Source of the DNA: a virus
Lineage: Duplodnaviria > Caudoviricetes
DNA: 64,000 nucleotides
Strand: one strand, 5' to 3'
Virus record (IMG/VR): IMGVR_UViG_3300033121_001944
Span: 1 to 64,000 of that record
This document shows positions 18,377 to 27,171 of the stretch, in pieces. The notes under the pieces are model-generated. The model saw only the letters and a program-made list of their open reading frames with translations, searched no databases and had not been told where the DNA came from. Position 1 is the stretch's first letter. The number at the start of each line of letters is the position of its first letter. The position numbers and the translations under genes are program-made.

Positions 18377-19208
18377 TCGGATGATGAGAGGGGCGGGATA
18401 TTCTCGCCTACAATCTCCTCTTTTATTGGATACATACGGTGGAGCTGCCGCCGCGTACTCGCTTCGCAAGCTGCGAACGGCCTACGCTGGCGCGGCGATT
18501 CGCGTCAGACGTTCGTCGGACTCGGCGGAGCAGGACTTTGGCTTCCTGAATGATGTGCTTGACACGGCGGCGATGCTTAGCTGGGTCAATCAGTTAGGCA
18601 CTGCCGAGGGCTTCGTCACGACGTGGTATGACCAGTCTGGCAACGCGAGAAACGCAACTCAGGCGACGGCGACAAATCAACCAAGAATTGTAGCTAGCGG
18701 TGTCGTGGAGGATGGGATTCGGTTTGACGGGAACAACGACATGCTCACCGTCGCTCCTAGTGTAAGCCTTAACTCTAATCCAATGACAGTGTGCGGTCGT
18801 GTAATGGTCGTGAATGCGACTTTGTTTGATGTGCTGTGGACACGTGCGTCAAGCCCGTCGTGGAAGGATGGATTCGGATTGTATGTTGAGGCAGGATCAA
18901 AGGTCAGGTCATGGAATCACTGGTACAGTCAAGCCGGAAGGTTTCGAGACGTTGCATACACTGCAAATACCTGGACAACCTTTGCGCAGGTTGCGAACTC
19001 AACAAACTGGAGTACCTACAAAGACGGCAGTTTACATGGGACGGACACTGTCGGAGCGGACTACACCAAAAACGCATCGACAAATAGCCTTTCAATTGGA
19101 GGTTATGAGCCAACTTACTTCGGAATAGTAAGGATTAGTGACTTAATCATCTGGAGCAGCGACCAATCAGCCAGTATGTCTGCAATCCACACTGCGATCA
19201 CGCCATAG
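18360..19208 (+). CDS. Virion-associated ConA/LamG-like protein, paralog 2
   Basis: AYSLRKLRTAYAGAAIRVRRSSDSAEQDF...WYDQSGNARNATQ; C-terminal LamG-like IRFDGNNDML...ISDLIIWSSD. Confidence 0.6.
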   Translation: MTVLRNRMMRGAGYSRLQSPLLLDTYGGAAAAYSLRKLRTAYAGAAIRVRRSSDSAEQDFGFLNDVLDTAAMLSWVNQLGTAEGFVTTWYDQSGNARNATQATATNQPRIVASGVVEDGIRFDGNNDMLTVAPSVSLNSNPMTVCGRVMVVNATLFDVLWTRASSPSWKDGFGLYVEAGSKVRSWNHWYSQAGRFRDVAYTANTWTTFAQVANSTNWSTYKDGSLHGTDTVGADYTKNASTNSLSIGGYEPTYFGIVRISDLIIWSSDQSASMSAIHTAITP

Positions 19209-19217
19209 AGGCAAGCC

Positions 19218-19622
19218 ATGCCATACGTCTTAATCAGCCCAGAGCAAGCAGAGCCATTCAGCCGCGCACTGTGCCGCCTGATGCGACCAACGCACCTGCG
19301 AAGCGAGCGTGATGTCACTGACCTCTATTGCCCAGTGCACTACCACGAGAGCAACGGATGGGCAGCACTGGAGCTTCCCGATGTGGAAACGGTCCCAATT
19401 CATATCGAGGCGACGGGAGAAGAGTTAGCTGCTGTACTTCAAATTTTTGTTAACGATGCCGCCCTAACCGCCGAGGAAGCCAACAACATTACTCTAGCCG
19501 TTAGTTCTGTGGCTGGTCAAGAAATACGTATTGCGGACTTCATTCCTTCAGGCTGGGCTCCATACATACTCACTCACGATCAAATGATAGAAGGTGGGTG
19601 GCTTGATGTCCTCAGTCCATAG
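19218..19622 (+). CDS. Hypothetical protein (possible fibre assembly factor)
   Basis: GAGG SD; ends the fibre cluster. Confidence 0.6.
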   Translation: MPYVLISPEQAEPFSRALCRLMRPTHLRSERDVTDLYCPVHYHESNGWAALELPDVETVPIHIEATGEELAAVLQIFVNDAALTAEEANNITLAVSSVAGQEIRIADFIPSGWAPYILTHDQMIEGGWLDVLSP

Positions 19623-19635
19623 CGGAAAATTAGTA

Positions 19636-19647
19636 GGTGTATATTAA
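19636..19647 (+). promoter_or_regulatory. Putative late promoter GGTGTAT-ATTAA (leaderless)
   Basis: Exactly 8 nt separate GGTGTAT from ATG 19651; no SD. Confidence 0.7.
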
Positions 19648-19650
19648 TAC

Positions 19651-19917
19651 ATGCTAATTGCCGTTCTAACAAAGCCACCTAATTCAGTTAACTCTTACAC
19701 GATGGACTGGTCCGATCTTGGGGAAACCGTTACGTCTTCCTCTTGGTCGGTTCCTTCCGGCTTAACGCAGATCTCAGGTTCTTTTGGGGCTTCCTCTAGT
19801 TTTATCCAGGTGAGTGGCGGGGTGGCTTGCAATACATACGAAGTGACAAACTTTATTAACACAAGCAGCGGGCAGACATCCAGCCGCTCCGTTGTTTTCC
19901 ATTTTAGGAGCTGGTAA
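19651..19917 (+). CDS. Small Ig-like virion adaptor protein
   Basis: K.P.....YTMDWS.L....TSSSW.V..GLT......VSGG...TYEVTN.I.TSSG....RS pattern of small phage fibre/tail adaptor proteins. Confidence 0.55.
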   Translation: MLIAVLTKPPNSVNSYTMDWSDLGETVTSSSWSVPSGLTQISGSFGASSSFIQVSGGVACNTYEVTNFINTSSGQTSSRSVVFHFRSW

Positions 19918-19918
19918 T

Positions 19919-21337
19919 TTGATTATTTATAACGATGAACAAGATATAGCAGATATTGTTAGGGCAAGTCGAAGTGTGGCTTATGCAGCCCAGGTTCTCC
20001 CAGCAGAGCCAGCCGACATCCCTTCCGCCGTGCGTGCCTCTCTATATACTGATACGCCCGATACGCCCGACCTATATTATACGAAATCAGTCCTTTGCAC
20101 CACGTCGATGAACAAGAATGATGACACCTTTCTACCTCACGAGGTGTGGGCAGCCCGCAAGACCCCAGTCGATAAGTTCAGTAATTTAAATCACGATCCC
20201 AATAAGATTGTCGGTCATATTACCTGCACTTGGGCAATTGACGAAGCTGGCGCTATCCTTGCAGATACCCTTACGGCGGAAAGCCTCCCATCCTTATTTC
20301 ACTTGTGCAATGGGTCTGTTATTTACAGGCGATTTACTGATGAAAATCTACAAGCCCAATCCGACGAGCTAATTGAGCAAATCCAGGCTGGCGAAATGTT
20401 TGTTAGTTTGGAGGCGTTTTTCTCAAACTTTGATTACGCCCTAGTGCAAGCTGATGAACTGGTCATTATTCCGCGCAATAGCAGCACTTCGTTTTTGACG
20501 AAGAAGCTTCGCTGTTATGGCGGTGACGGAATCTATGATGGAGTGAAAATTGGGCGGGTCCTAAAGAACATGACGTTTGGCGGTGTAGCGTTTACGCCGC
20601 GTCCAGCTAACCCAGATTCTATTATTTTTTCTAAAATTCACAAATTCGAAAAAATTTCTGAAAAAACTGGTGTAATTAAAAAGAGTGTAAGTAATTTACA
20701 GGAGAACACTATGGCAGACAATCTATTGGAAAAGCAAATGGACGAACTGAAAGCTGAGCTTAAGAACGTTCTTGCTACCAACAAAGAGCTAAACGATAAG
20801 TTGGCTAGTGCAAGCACCAGCAAGCTTGAAGCTGAATTGGCAGCCGCTCGCGAAGCCCTTGCAAAGGCAGAAAAAGATATGGAGGACGAGAAGTCTTCCA
20901 AGAAGATGGCAGAGGATGCAAAGTGCGGTCTCGCTACCGAACTTGAAAACCTCAAGGCTGAGTACGACAAGGTAAAGGCTGAGCTGGCTACCATCAAGAC
21001 TGATTTGGTGAAGTCAAGCCGCGTTTCGAAGCTTTTGGCTGCTGGTCTTTCTAAGGAAGATGCAGACGCTAAAGCCTCCACTTTTGCCGGTCTCAATGAT
21101 GAACAGTTTGACAGCTTGGCAACGATTCTTGCTTCTGTAAAGAAGCCTGAAACTGCTGAAGCTGAAAAGGTTACAGAAACACAAAAAGCGGAAGCGGCTG
21201 AGCAAGATCTTCAAGCCTCGGAAGAGGATAAGGATATTGACGCCACAGCTTCTACGAAAGAGTCCGTCTCTGAGTTGATCGCTCTTGTACAGGCTCATTA
21301 TGAAGACAAGTTCGTTGTTAACAAGGAGAAAAAGTAA
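19919..21337 (+). CDS. Prohead protease-scaffold fusion
   Basis: AGGAG 19906-19910 before TTG 19919 (the track start is 19892). NLNHD, VSLE and TFGGVAFTPRPANPDS protease motifs; acidic coiled-coil C-half. Confidence 0.8.
   Translation: MIIYNDEQDIADIVRASRSVAYAAQVLPAEPADIPSAVRASLYTDTPDTPDLYYTKSVLCTTSMNKNDDTFLPHEVWAARKTPVDKFSNLNHDPNKIVGHITCTWAIDEAGAILADTLTAESLPSLFHLCNGSVIYRRFTDENLQAQSDELIEQIQAGEMFVSLEAFFSNFDYALVQADELVIIPRNSSTSFLTKKLRCYGGDGIYDGVKIGRVLKNMTFGGVAFTPRPANPDSIIFSKIHKFEKISEKTGVIKKSVSNLQENTMADNLLEKQMDELKAELKNVLATNKELNDKLASASTSKLEAELAAAREALAKAEKDMEDEKSSKKMAEDAKCGLATELENLKAEYDKVKAELATIKTDLVKSSRVSKLLAAGLSKEDADAKASTFAGLNDEQFDSLATILASVKKPETAEAEKVTETQKAEAAEQDLQASEEDKDIDATASTKESVSELIALVQAHYEDKFVVNKEKK
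20669..20680 (+). promoter_or_regulatory. Internal putative late promoter GGTGTAA-TTAAA inside the protease gene
   Basis: Followed by CAGGAG SD and in-frame ATG 20711. Confidence 0.65.
20711..21337 (+). CDS. Nested in-frame scaffolding protein (MADNLLEKQMDELKAEL...)
   Basis: Has its own promoter motif and SD; coiled-coil and acidic; same frame as the protease. Confidence 0.65.
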   Translation: MADNLLEKQMDELKAELKNVLATNKELNDKLASASTSKLEAELAAAREALAKAEKDMEDEKSSKKMAEDAKCGLATELENLKAEYDKVKAELATIKTDLVKSSRVSKLLAAGLSKEDADAKASTFAGLNDEQFDSLATILASVKKPETAEAEKVTETQKAEAAEQDLQASEEDKDIDATASTKESVSELIALVQAHYEDKFVVNKEKK

Positions 21338-21338
21338 T

Positions 21339-21803
21339 ATGGCTCTTAAAGGTCTTAGAAAGTATGACGAAGGAACTGACATCGCCCACGTCCTCAACGA
21401 AGTCGCTGAGGCAGGTATCGTGGTCATTCATAATTATCCGACGTCAAGTGGTACCGGTAAGCCCGGTGATGCAAACAACATCCTAGATGTTCCTACGAAT
21501 GCAAGTGGTGCGCCTCTTGGCATTTTGGTTACGGATGTCGTGTCCATTGATCTCAGTCGATACAATCACATCGCTCGATTCCATCGAGATGAAGTGAACG
21601 TCTGTAGCCCGGTAACCGTTGTTACTCATGGCTATGTTTACACTAATCAAGTTTCAGGTACTCCTAAAGCTGGCGATTCTGCTTACTACACTGTAGGCGG
21701 TCTTGTTACCCCGACCAATACTGGCAGCGTTGTTGTTGGTAAGTTCCGTGGTAAGAAGGATGCTGATGGATACGCTGGCGTTGACGTGAATGTTAGAGTA
21801 TAA
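21339..21803 (+). CDS. Capsid decoration/cement protein
   Basis: AAGGAG SD, ATG 21339 (the track start is 21285); beta-rich ~154 aa directly upstream of MCP. Confidence 0.65.
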   Translation: MALKGLRKYDEGTDIAHVLNEVAEAGIVVIHNYPTSSGTGKPGDANNILDVPTNASGAPLGILVTDVVSIDLSRYNHIARFHRDEVNVCSPVTVVTHGYVYTNQVSGTPKAGDSAYYTVGGLVTPTNTGSVVVGKFRGKKDADGYAGVDVNVRV

Positions 21804-21816
21804 TTAGGAGTAACAC

Positions 21817-22812
21817 ATGTTTAAAAATAAGCGTAATTCAGTTCTAGACAATCAATTGATGGCAACCGCTAATCTCGATGAGACGCTTGCCGCCAAGGCT
21901 CAGTTTGAGTTCGTTAAGGCTCTTGAGCTTCCACTTCGTAAGGGTATTATGAGTGGTGACCTAGTTGGTGATATTTTCGAGATGCAGGATTTCTCAAACG
22001 TACGACACGTTGAGTATCCTCTCGACTTCCTCACTCCAGGTTCCGAAGCAGATTATACTGCTTATGTGATTCCTAACTGTGGTTATATCCCTCAGAATTC
22101 AGTACAAGGCGACTTCGTCGTGGTCCCGACCTACATGGTTGGTAACTCGATTGATTGGTGCCTAAAGTACGCCCGCGACGCCAACTGGAATATTGTTGAT
22201 CGCGCCCTTGAAGTTTTCCGAAACGGTTTCGTGAAGAAGATCAATGACGATGCTGTTCATACGCTGCTTGCAGCCGGTATGGATCGTAACGTTATCGTCT
22301 ACGACTCCGCTGCAGCTTCCGGTCAGTTCACCAAGCGATTGGTCAGCATTATGCAGACCTTTATGCGAAGAAACTCCGGTGGTAACTCGTCTTCGACGGG
22401 TCGTGGTAAGTTGACGGATCTCATCATGTCACCAGAAGCTATGGAAGATATTCGCAACTGGAATATTGATCAGGTTGATGAGGTAACTCGTCGTCAGATC
22501 TTCACCAGTGCAGATGGCTTGACCTCAATCTTCGGTGTTCGCTTGCGAGCATGGGACGAATTGGGTGAAGGTCAGGAATATCAACTGTACTACTCAGACA
22601 TTCTCGGCGGTTCACTTCCTCCGGGCAAGGTTGAATTGGTACTTGGCTTGGACCTGTCTCGCAATGACAGCTTCGTCATGCCAGTTCGCCAAGAACTCCA
22701 GATGTTTAACGATCCTACTCTCCATCGTCAGATGAAGGCGGGCGTTTACGGCTGGATGGAAATGGGTGTTGCAGTGTTGGATATTCGTCGAGTTTTGCTC
22801 GGTGCTATCTAG
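21817..22812 (+). CDS. Major capsid protein (HK97 fold)
   Basis: Strong SD (AGGAG), 331 aa, located after the scaffold and decoration genes, followed by a strong terminator. Confidence 0.85.
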   Translation: MFKNKRNSVLDNQLMATANLDETLAAKAQFEFVKALELPLRKGIMSGDLVGDIFEMQDFSNVRHVEYPLDFLTPGSEADYTAYVIPNCGYIPQNSVQGDFVVVPTYMVGNSIDWCLKYARDANWNIVDRALEVFRNGFVKKINDDAVHTLLAAGMDRNVIVYDSAAASGQFTKRLVSIMQTFMRRNSGGNSSSTGRGKLTDLIMSPEAMEDIRNWNIDQVDEVTRRQIFTSADGLTSIFGVRLRAWDELGEGQEYQLYYSDILGGSLPPGKVELVLGLDLSRNDSFVMPVRQELQMFNDPTLHRQMKAGVYGWMEMGVAVLDIRRVLLGAI

Positions 22813-22841
22813 TAAAAATCCCTAGTTATTAACGAACTTTG

Positions 22842-22874
22842 AGAGCCCAGCCGAATAAGCTGGGCTCTTTTTTT
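22842..22874 (+). terminator. Rho-independent terminator after MCP
   Basis: Perfect 10-bp stem AGAGCCCAGC/GCTGGGCTCT, 7-nt loop, T-run. Confidence 0.9.
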
Positions 22875-22876
22875 AT

Positions 22877-22888
22877 GGTGTATTAAAG
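22877..22888 (+). promoter_or_regulatory. Putative late promoter GGTGTAT-TAAAG (leaderless)
   Basis: Immediately after the terminator; 8 nt to ATG 22892; nearly identical to the 7844 copy (GGTGTA.TTAAAGGGTA). Confidence 0.75.
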
Positions 22889-22891
22889 GGT

Positions 22892-23425
22892 ATGACAACA
22901 ATCGCAGAATGGTCGCCGGGCGCCATAACTATGTTTCGAGCTTTTGCGGGCGATATGGGTGACGATCCCACTTGGGCTGATTCCCGAGTGCTACAAATAT
23001 TGGTAGCGTCCGCCTATAGCGTCATTACTGAAATATCAACATGTATAGATGTTCCGACATTTAATATGTGCAGTGCGGAATTTGGAGATGACCCATTTAA
23101 CTATCCTGGCTTTGTAAACCTATGGATATTGCGGGCTGTCTGCTTAGTTGACCAGGGGGCTGCTCGCTCTCAAGCGGCAATGCAAGGATTGAAAGCTGTG
23201 TGCGGTCCTGTCTCTATGCAGGTTAGTGACGGCACTAAATCCTATGAGCTATTATTTAATCAGGGCGCTTGCTCTAGCTTTAATAAGCTTAAAGAAGATT
23301 TGTGTTTTAGAAATCCAATTATGAGTGCAGCCTACTGCAAGCAAGTCGTAGGAGTGTTCACCTCGCCAAATTATAATTCAGAAGGGTATTGCGGTCATGG
23401 CAACTGTTCATGTGATCAACGCTAG
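22892..23425 (+). CDS. Head-tail connector/adaptor-like protein, Cys-rich
   Basis: First gene after MCP; helical; 10 Cys in 177 aa. Confidence 0.55.
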   Translation: MTTIAEWSPGAITMFRAFAGDMGDDPTWADSRVLQILVASAYSVITEISTCIDVPTFNMCSAEFGDDPFNYPGFVNLWILRAVCLVDQGAARSQAAMQGLKAVCGPVSMQVSDGTKSYELLFNQGACSSFNKLKEDLCFRNPIMSAAYCKQVVGVFTSPNYNSEGYCGHGNCSCDQR

Positions 23426-23585
23426 TAATAGTGTTAACTGTGGGAAGGGGGTAGTTCTAAAAGGCGTCAATTGTACGCAAAGCTGGAGCCCCTATACTTT
23501 TAATTGTCCTACTGTCATTGCGAGCGGATGGCTAACTCGCTGGGACGACGTTTGTTACTATACAACTTGCAGTGGTGGAGTCTAA
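23397..23585 (+). CDS. Small Cys-rich hypothetical protein
   Basis: 62 aa, 5 Cys, fills the gap between the flanking genes. Confidence 0.5.
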   Translation: MATVHVINASNSVNCGKGVVLKGVNCTQSWSPYTFNCPTVIASGWLTRWDDVCYYTTCSGGV

Positions 23586-23588
23586 TTA

Positions 23589-25031
23589 ATGGTTTTAAGA
23601 CAATCGTGCGGCGGTAGCTCTGCCGGTACTGGCATTTCCAGCGTAACAATTTCGGGGTGCCTGGGCGGGTCCGGCATTCCTGCTTCCCCGCTTTACATTC
23701 GGATTGATCCCACAGGCTTAATTGGTTGTGGCTCTGCAGGCATCAAGTTATTGAATGCTCCAAGTGGTGGTGGTGGTGGTGCCGGGACTCCAGCTTCTCC
23801 CCTGACGTCAATTCAATTTAATAACGGGGGCTCTTTTGGCGGATCTGCTAATTTAACGTATAATGGGACCGGGGTTACTATTACTGGCGTAGTCACCAGC
23901 GGCATCCCATCGTTAGTCGTTTCCCAAACCTGGTTTGGTCCAGCCAGCACAAATTACAGTGGCGTAATCTTTAACTATATTGATCCTAGCTCCGCCCTCT
24001 CTTCGAGCAAGATGCTTGATTTGCAGATCAACGGTACGTCACAGTTTTACGTTTCAAAGAATGGCACTACGACATCTTCCTACTTTGTCACTGCAAATGC
24101 AAGTAGTGCCGGTTTTTATGCTAGAAGCAATACCTCTCCACAATTCTCGTTAGGCGCTTCTGACGATGTGGTGCTGACTCGTGATGCCGCCAATACTCTT
24201 GCCTTACGCAATGGGTCTGGTGTCCCACAAGCGTTACGCATTTACAATAGTTACACTGGCACTAATGATGAATATGTTACCCTGCGCTTTTCCGGTAATA
24301 TTGCTCAACTAAGCACGATTAATAATGGTGGATTAGGTAGATCTTTAACGATTGGTACTAGTGGCGTTCCTCGTATTACGCTTGCTCCAAGTGGTGCCAT
24401 TACTTTTAATCAAGCCTACACTTTTCCGACTGACTTAGGAACGTCTGGTCAAGTTCTTTACAACAATGGTGGCGGCGTAATTAAGTGGGGGAATGTAAGT
24501 GGTGTTGCTGGTGGTGGAGCGGGAAGTAGTGGCGTTACATCTCTTTCTCTAAGCCTAACTGGTGGCGGAACTCATGCCGATCCTACAACGGCTGTCAACC
24601 TTGTTTACAACAACAGTTCTGGCACCAATACTATCGATTTTCGCCCACTCATTTACTTTAACTTTGGGCAGGCTGGCACACTGTCAGCCGAAAGCGCTAT
24701 TGTTGATCAGCCACGATTTATTGTGCCTGAAGGTTTCCAGATTGAAATCTGCAAAGCTTATCTAACGATTGGTTCTCCAGGTGATGATGTCACTACAGTA
24801 CAACTCCAAAAATATACTCCGACGACGGATTGCACGGAACCGTCAACTGATGGGACCCCGTTCTCAAAAGATATTTCTGGGGGATGTACATGGGTAGAGT
24901 GGGTAGAGGTCGAAGGTATGACGCTCAGCTCATTAGCTCAACTTAACTTTAGAGTTTTAACTCCGGGGACAAACGCAATGAACCTTGTTGCTCATTTGTG
25001 GGCACGAGTCACAGTTTGCTACGCACCATAA
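23589..25031 (+). CDS. Neck/collar fibre-like protein sharing modules with gp12609 and gp15571
   Basis: One Cys-pair repeat, one PASP.TSIQFNNGGSFGGSANLT unit and one RDAANTLALRNG..QALRIYNSY module. Confidence 0.65.
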   Translation: MVLRQSCGGSSAGTGISSVTISGCLGGSGIPASPLYIRIDPTGLIGCGSAGIKLLNAPSGGGGGAGTPASPLTSIQFNNGGSFGGSANLTYNGTGVTITGVVTSGIPSLVVSQTWFGPASTNYSGVIFNYIDPSSALSSSKMLDLQINGTSQFYVSKNGTTTSSYFVTANASSAGFYARSNTSPQFSLGASDDVVLTRDAANTLALRNGSGVPQALRIYNSYTGTNDEYVTLRFSGNIAQLSTINNGGLGRSLTIGTSGVPRITLAPSGAITFNQAYTFPTDLGTSGQVLYNNGGGVIKWGNVSGVAGGGAGSSGVTSLSLSLTGGGTHADPTTAVNLVYNNSSGTNTIDFRPLIYFNFGQAGTLSAESAIVDQPRFIVPEGFQIEICKAYLTIGSPGDDVTTVQLQKYTPTTDCTEPSTDGTPFSKDISGGCTWVEWVEVEGMTLSSLAQLNFRVLTPGTNAMNLVAHLWARVTVCYAP

Positions 25032-25537
25032 TGGCTAATCCTTTTTCCGGCTTAGTCTCGCCGCTTTTTAAACAGACCTTCAATAACATGATTGATGCTC
25101 TCCTGGAGGAGGGGGCGTGTACGGTACCATGCACGCTTGTTTTTGGAGGTCAAAAATTTGTCGCTTGCTCCAACTGTGCGGGCGGCATTTATGTGCCAGG
25201 GGGTCCGATCCCTTTCCCTAACGGGAAGATTTGTCCTCTTTGTAATAATAAGCCAATCCAAGTTGAGGAAACAGAAGAGGTACACATCGTTGTGCTTTTC
25301 GACTCAAAGAAGTGGCGAACGATGGCAACCCAGACATCGCCCAAAACTTTTAATGAGATGGCGGAAACTATGTGCCATATGACACTTTACCCAAAGATAA
25401 AGGCTGCCAAGCATATCATTCTTGATAATACTAACGAGCTTTATTCAAGGAACGTGTATAAGAGAATGGGTGAGCCGGAAGCTCTTGGGTTAGGCGATAT
25501 GAGATATATTTTAACGCCGTGGGAGCGAGTTAATTAG
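25031..25537 (+). CDS. Head closure/stopper-like protein with Zn-finger-like CxxC pairs
   Basis: ATG overlaps the upstream TAA (the track start is 24998); CSNC and CPLC motifs; neck position. Confidence 0.5.
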   Translation: MANPFSGLVSPLFKQTFNNMIDALLEEGACTVPCTLVFGGQKFVACSNCAGGIYVPGGPIPFPNGKICPLCNNKPIQVEETEEVHIVVLFDSKKWRTMATQTSPKTFNEMAETMCHMTLYPKIKAAKHIILDNTNELYSRNVYKRMGEPEALGLGDMRYILTPWERVN

Positions 25538-26202
25538 TGCCCCTATTTAATAGAACTGATAGCAGAAAACTAGCTAAAGGCTTAATGACCCAGGTCAGAC
25601 AGCGCTATCGTTCTACGTACCCACAAATTAAGGCGGCTGTTAAAGAGTTGTTTTCCGAAAAGTTGAGAGGACAGTTCTATATTAATGAAACTGTAGACTC
25701 TTGCATTAACGGGATTTTGAAGGCAGAGCTTGGTTTACAAGAGCCCGCTGCCTCTATGGAAGCTATTTTACTACGCATGTTAAGTACGCTCACTATTAAT
25801 GTGACGGCACCTAAAGACCAGACTGGCGTGTTACGTATTACCGTTCAAGCTGTTAAGGACGACCTTAACGATCTCATCGGATTAGCGGCGGCAAGTCAAG
25901 ACTGGACCGACAGAACTGGCTCCACCATTAAGGGCGAACCACTTCCATGGTTAGAATGGCTCTTAGTTGAAGGTAATAACGTTATTATACAAGACTACAT
26001 CTTTCGCGGCGATAAACAGATCGGTCGTAGCGGCGAGAAGGCGATCATGCAAGAAGCTGAGGGCAAGTTTTGGAAAGTTCCCAAGCAATATCAGGGCACG
26101 TTAACTGATAACTTCATCCTAGATATTTTAACCAAAACAGAGAAAGAGATGAGGAAGAGTTTATGGGAAACTGTGCGCCCTGTAATAGCTCGGCTTTCTT
26201 AA
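25537..26202 (+). CDS. Neck/tail completion protein
   Basis: GTG start coupled to the upstream stop; LPWLEWLL and WKVP..YQGT..DNFI motifs; positional call. Confidence 0.45.
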   Translation: MPLFNRTDSRKLAKGLMTQVRQRYRSTYPQIKAAVKELFSEKLRGQFYINETVDSCINGILKAELGLQEPAASMEAILLRMLSTLTINVTAPKDQTGVLRITVQAVKDDLNDLIGLAAASQDWTDRTGSTIKGEPLPWLEWLLVEGNNVIIQDYIFRGDKQIGRSGEKAIMQEAEGKFWKVPKQYQGTLTDNFILDILTKTEKEMRKSLWETVRPVIARLS

Positions 26203-27137
26203 GTTTTAACCGAGTTTGCCATTACGGAAAATCTAATATTATTAGGCGGCTTGAGGTCGGGCTTCGCTATTTCTATGAATGGGCTCTCTTAGGAATTGGG
26301 GCGTGGGCAGATGTTACTTACGATATGCCTACCTATGGCAGTGGGAATGCCTCATCTTTACGAGTGGCTAACTCTTACGGCTATTTAACTAATCAGGTTT
26401 GGGAAGGCTTTCGCACTAACTGGGTTTATGAGACGGGAGTTACCTATACTGATTATACTGGCGGGACTCACCAGCCGTTGCCCGTTAATGTTTATGTAGC
26501 TAACGTTCTACAACCTACTGGCAATTACAATATTAATTATAAGCTCGGTCAGGTCATTTTTAACTCAGTCCCGGCATCAACTAACGTTAAGGCTTCTTAC
26601 TCCTTTAAGAATGTGCAGGTGTTATTGTCGGACGAGGTTCCGTGGTACCAGGAATTCCAGTATCAGAGCTGGACTCCAGATACTGACATGTTCACCCAAA
26701 ATGATCGCGGCGACTGGTTTGTTGGCGGTAATCATCGCGTCCAATTCCCTTGTATCATTATACAGGCAGCCGCCAAGGGCACGAAGGAAGCAGCCCATTT
26801 AGGGGGCGCCATGGTTTATCGTGAGCAAGATGTTCAATTTCACATTCTCGCAGAGGATAGTATCATGCGGGACAATTTACTGGACTTAGTTTTATTACAA
26901 GGAGATCGCTGCATTCAGCTTTTTGACATTGATGCGGCGGCGGCGGCACTAGATATGCCACTTGATAATAACGGGCTGAGAGTCGGCAAGATGTACCCCT
27001 ACCTCCTAGAGAATTACTGCTGGGCAAATACTCGTATTGAAAATGCCCGCATTACCTCAAAAACTTCGTACAATTGTGGGTTGCATGATGCCACGATTAA
27101 ACACACTTATTCCGTATATTTCAGCAACCTTTGCTAG
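26163..27137 (+). CDS. Tail terminator-like protein
   Basis: Directly upstream of the tail tube; C-terminal FPCIIIQ...DVQFHILAED..MRDNLLD pattern. Confidence 0.5.
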   Translation: MGNCAPCNSSAFLSFNRVCHYGKSNIIRRLEVGLRYFYEWALLGIGAWADVTYDMPTYGSGNASSLRVANSYGYLTNQVWEGFRTNWVYETGVTYTDYTGGTHQPLPVNVYVANVLQPTGNYNINYKLGQVIFNSVPASTNVKASYSFKNVQVLLSDEVPWYQEFQYQSWTPDTDMFTQNDRGDWFVGGNHRVQFPCIIIQAAAKGTKEAAHLGGAMVYREQDVQFHILAEDSIMRDNLLDLVLLQGDRCIQLFDIDAAAAALDMPLDNNGLRVGKMYPYLLENYCWANTRIENARITSKTSYNCGLHDATIKHTYSVYFSNLC

Positions 27138-27141
27138 AAAT

Positions 27142-27153
27142 GGTGTATTAAAA
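27142..27153 (+). promoter_or_regulatory. Putative late promoter GGTGTAT-TAAAA
   Basis: Intergenic; followed by CAGGAG and ATG 27172. Confidence 0.75.
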
Positions 27154-27171
27154 ATACAGGAGATATAAAAT

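Noticed and set aside
12609-25031. Diversity-generating retroelement (TR/VR) behind the fibre repeats
   Set aside because: No reverse transcriptase was seen; repeat differences are synonymous and not adenine-specific.
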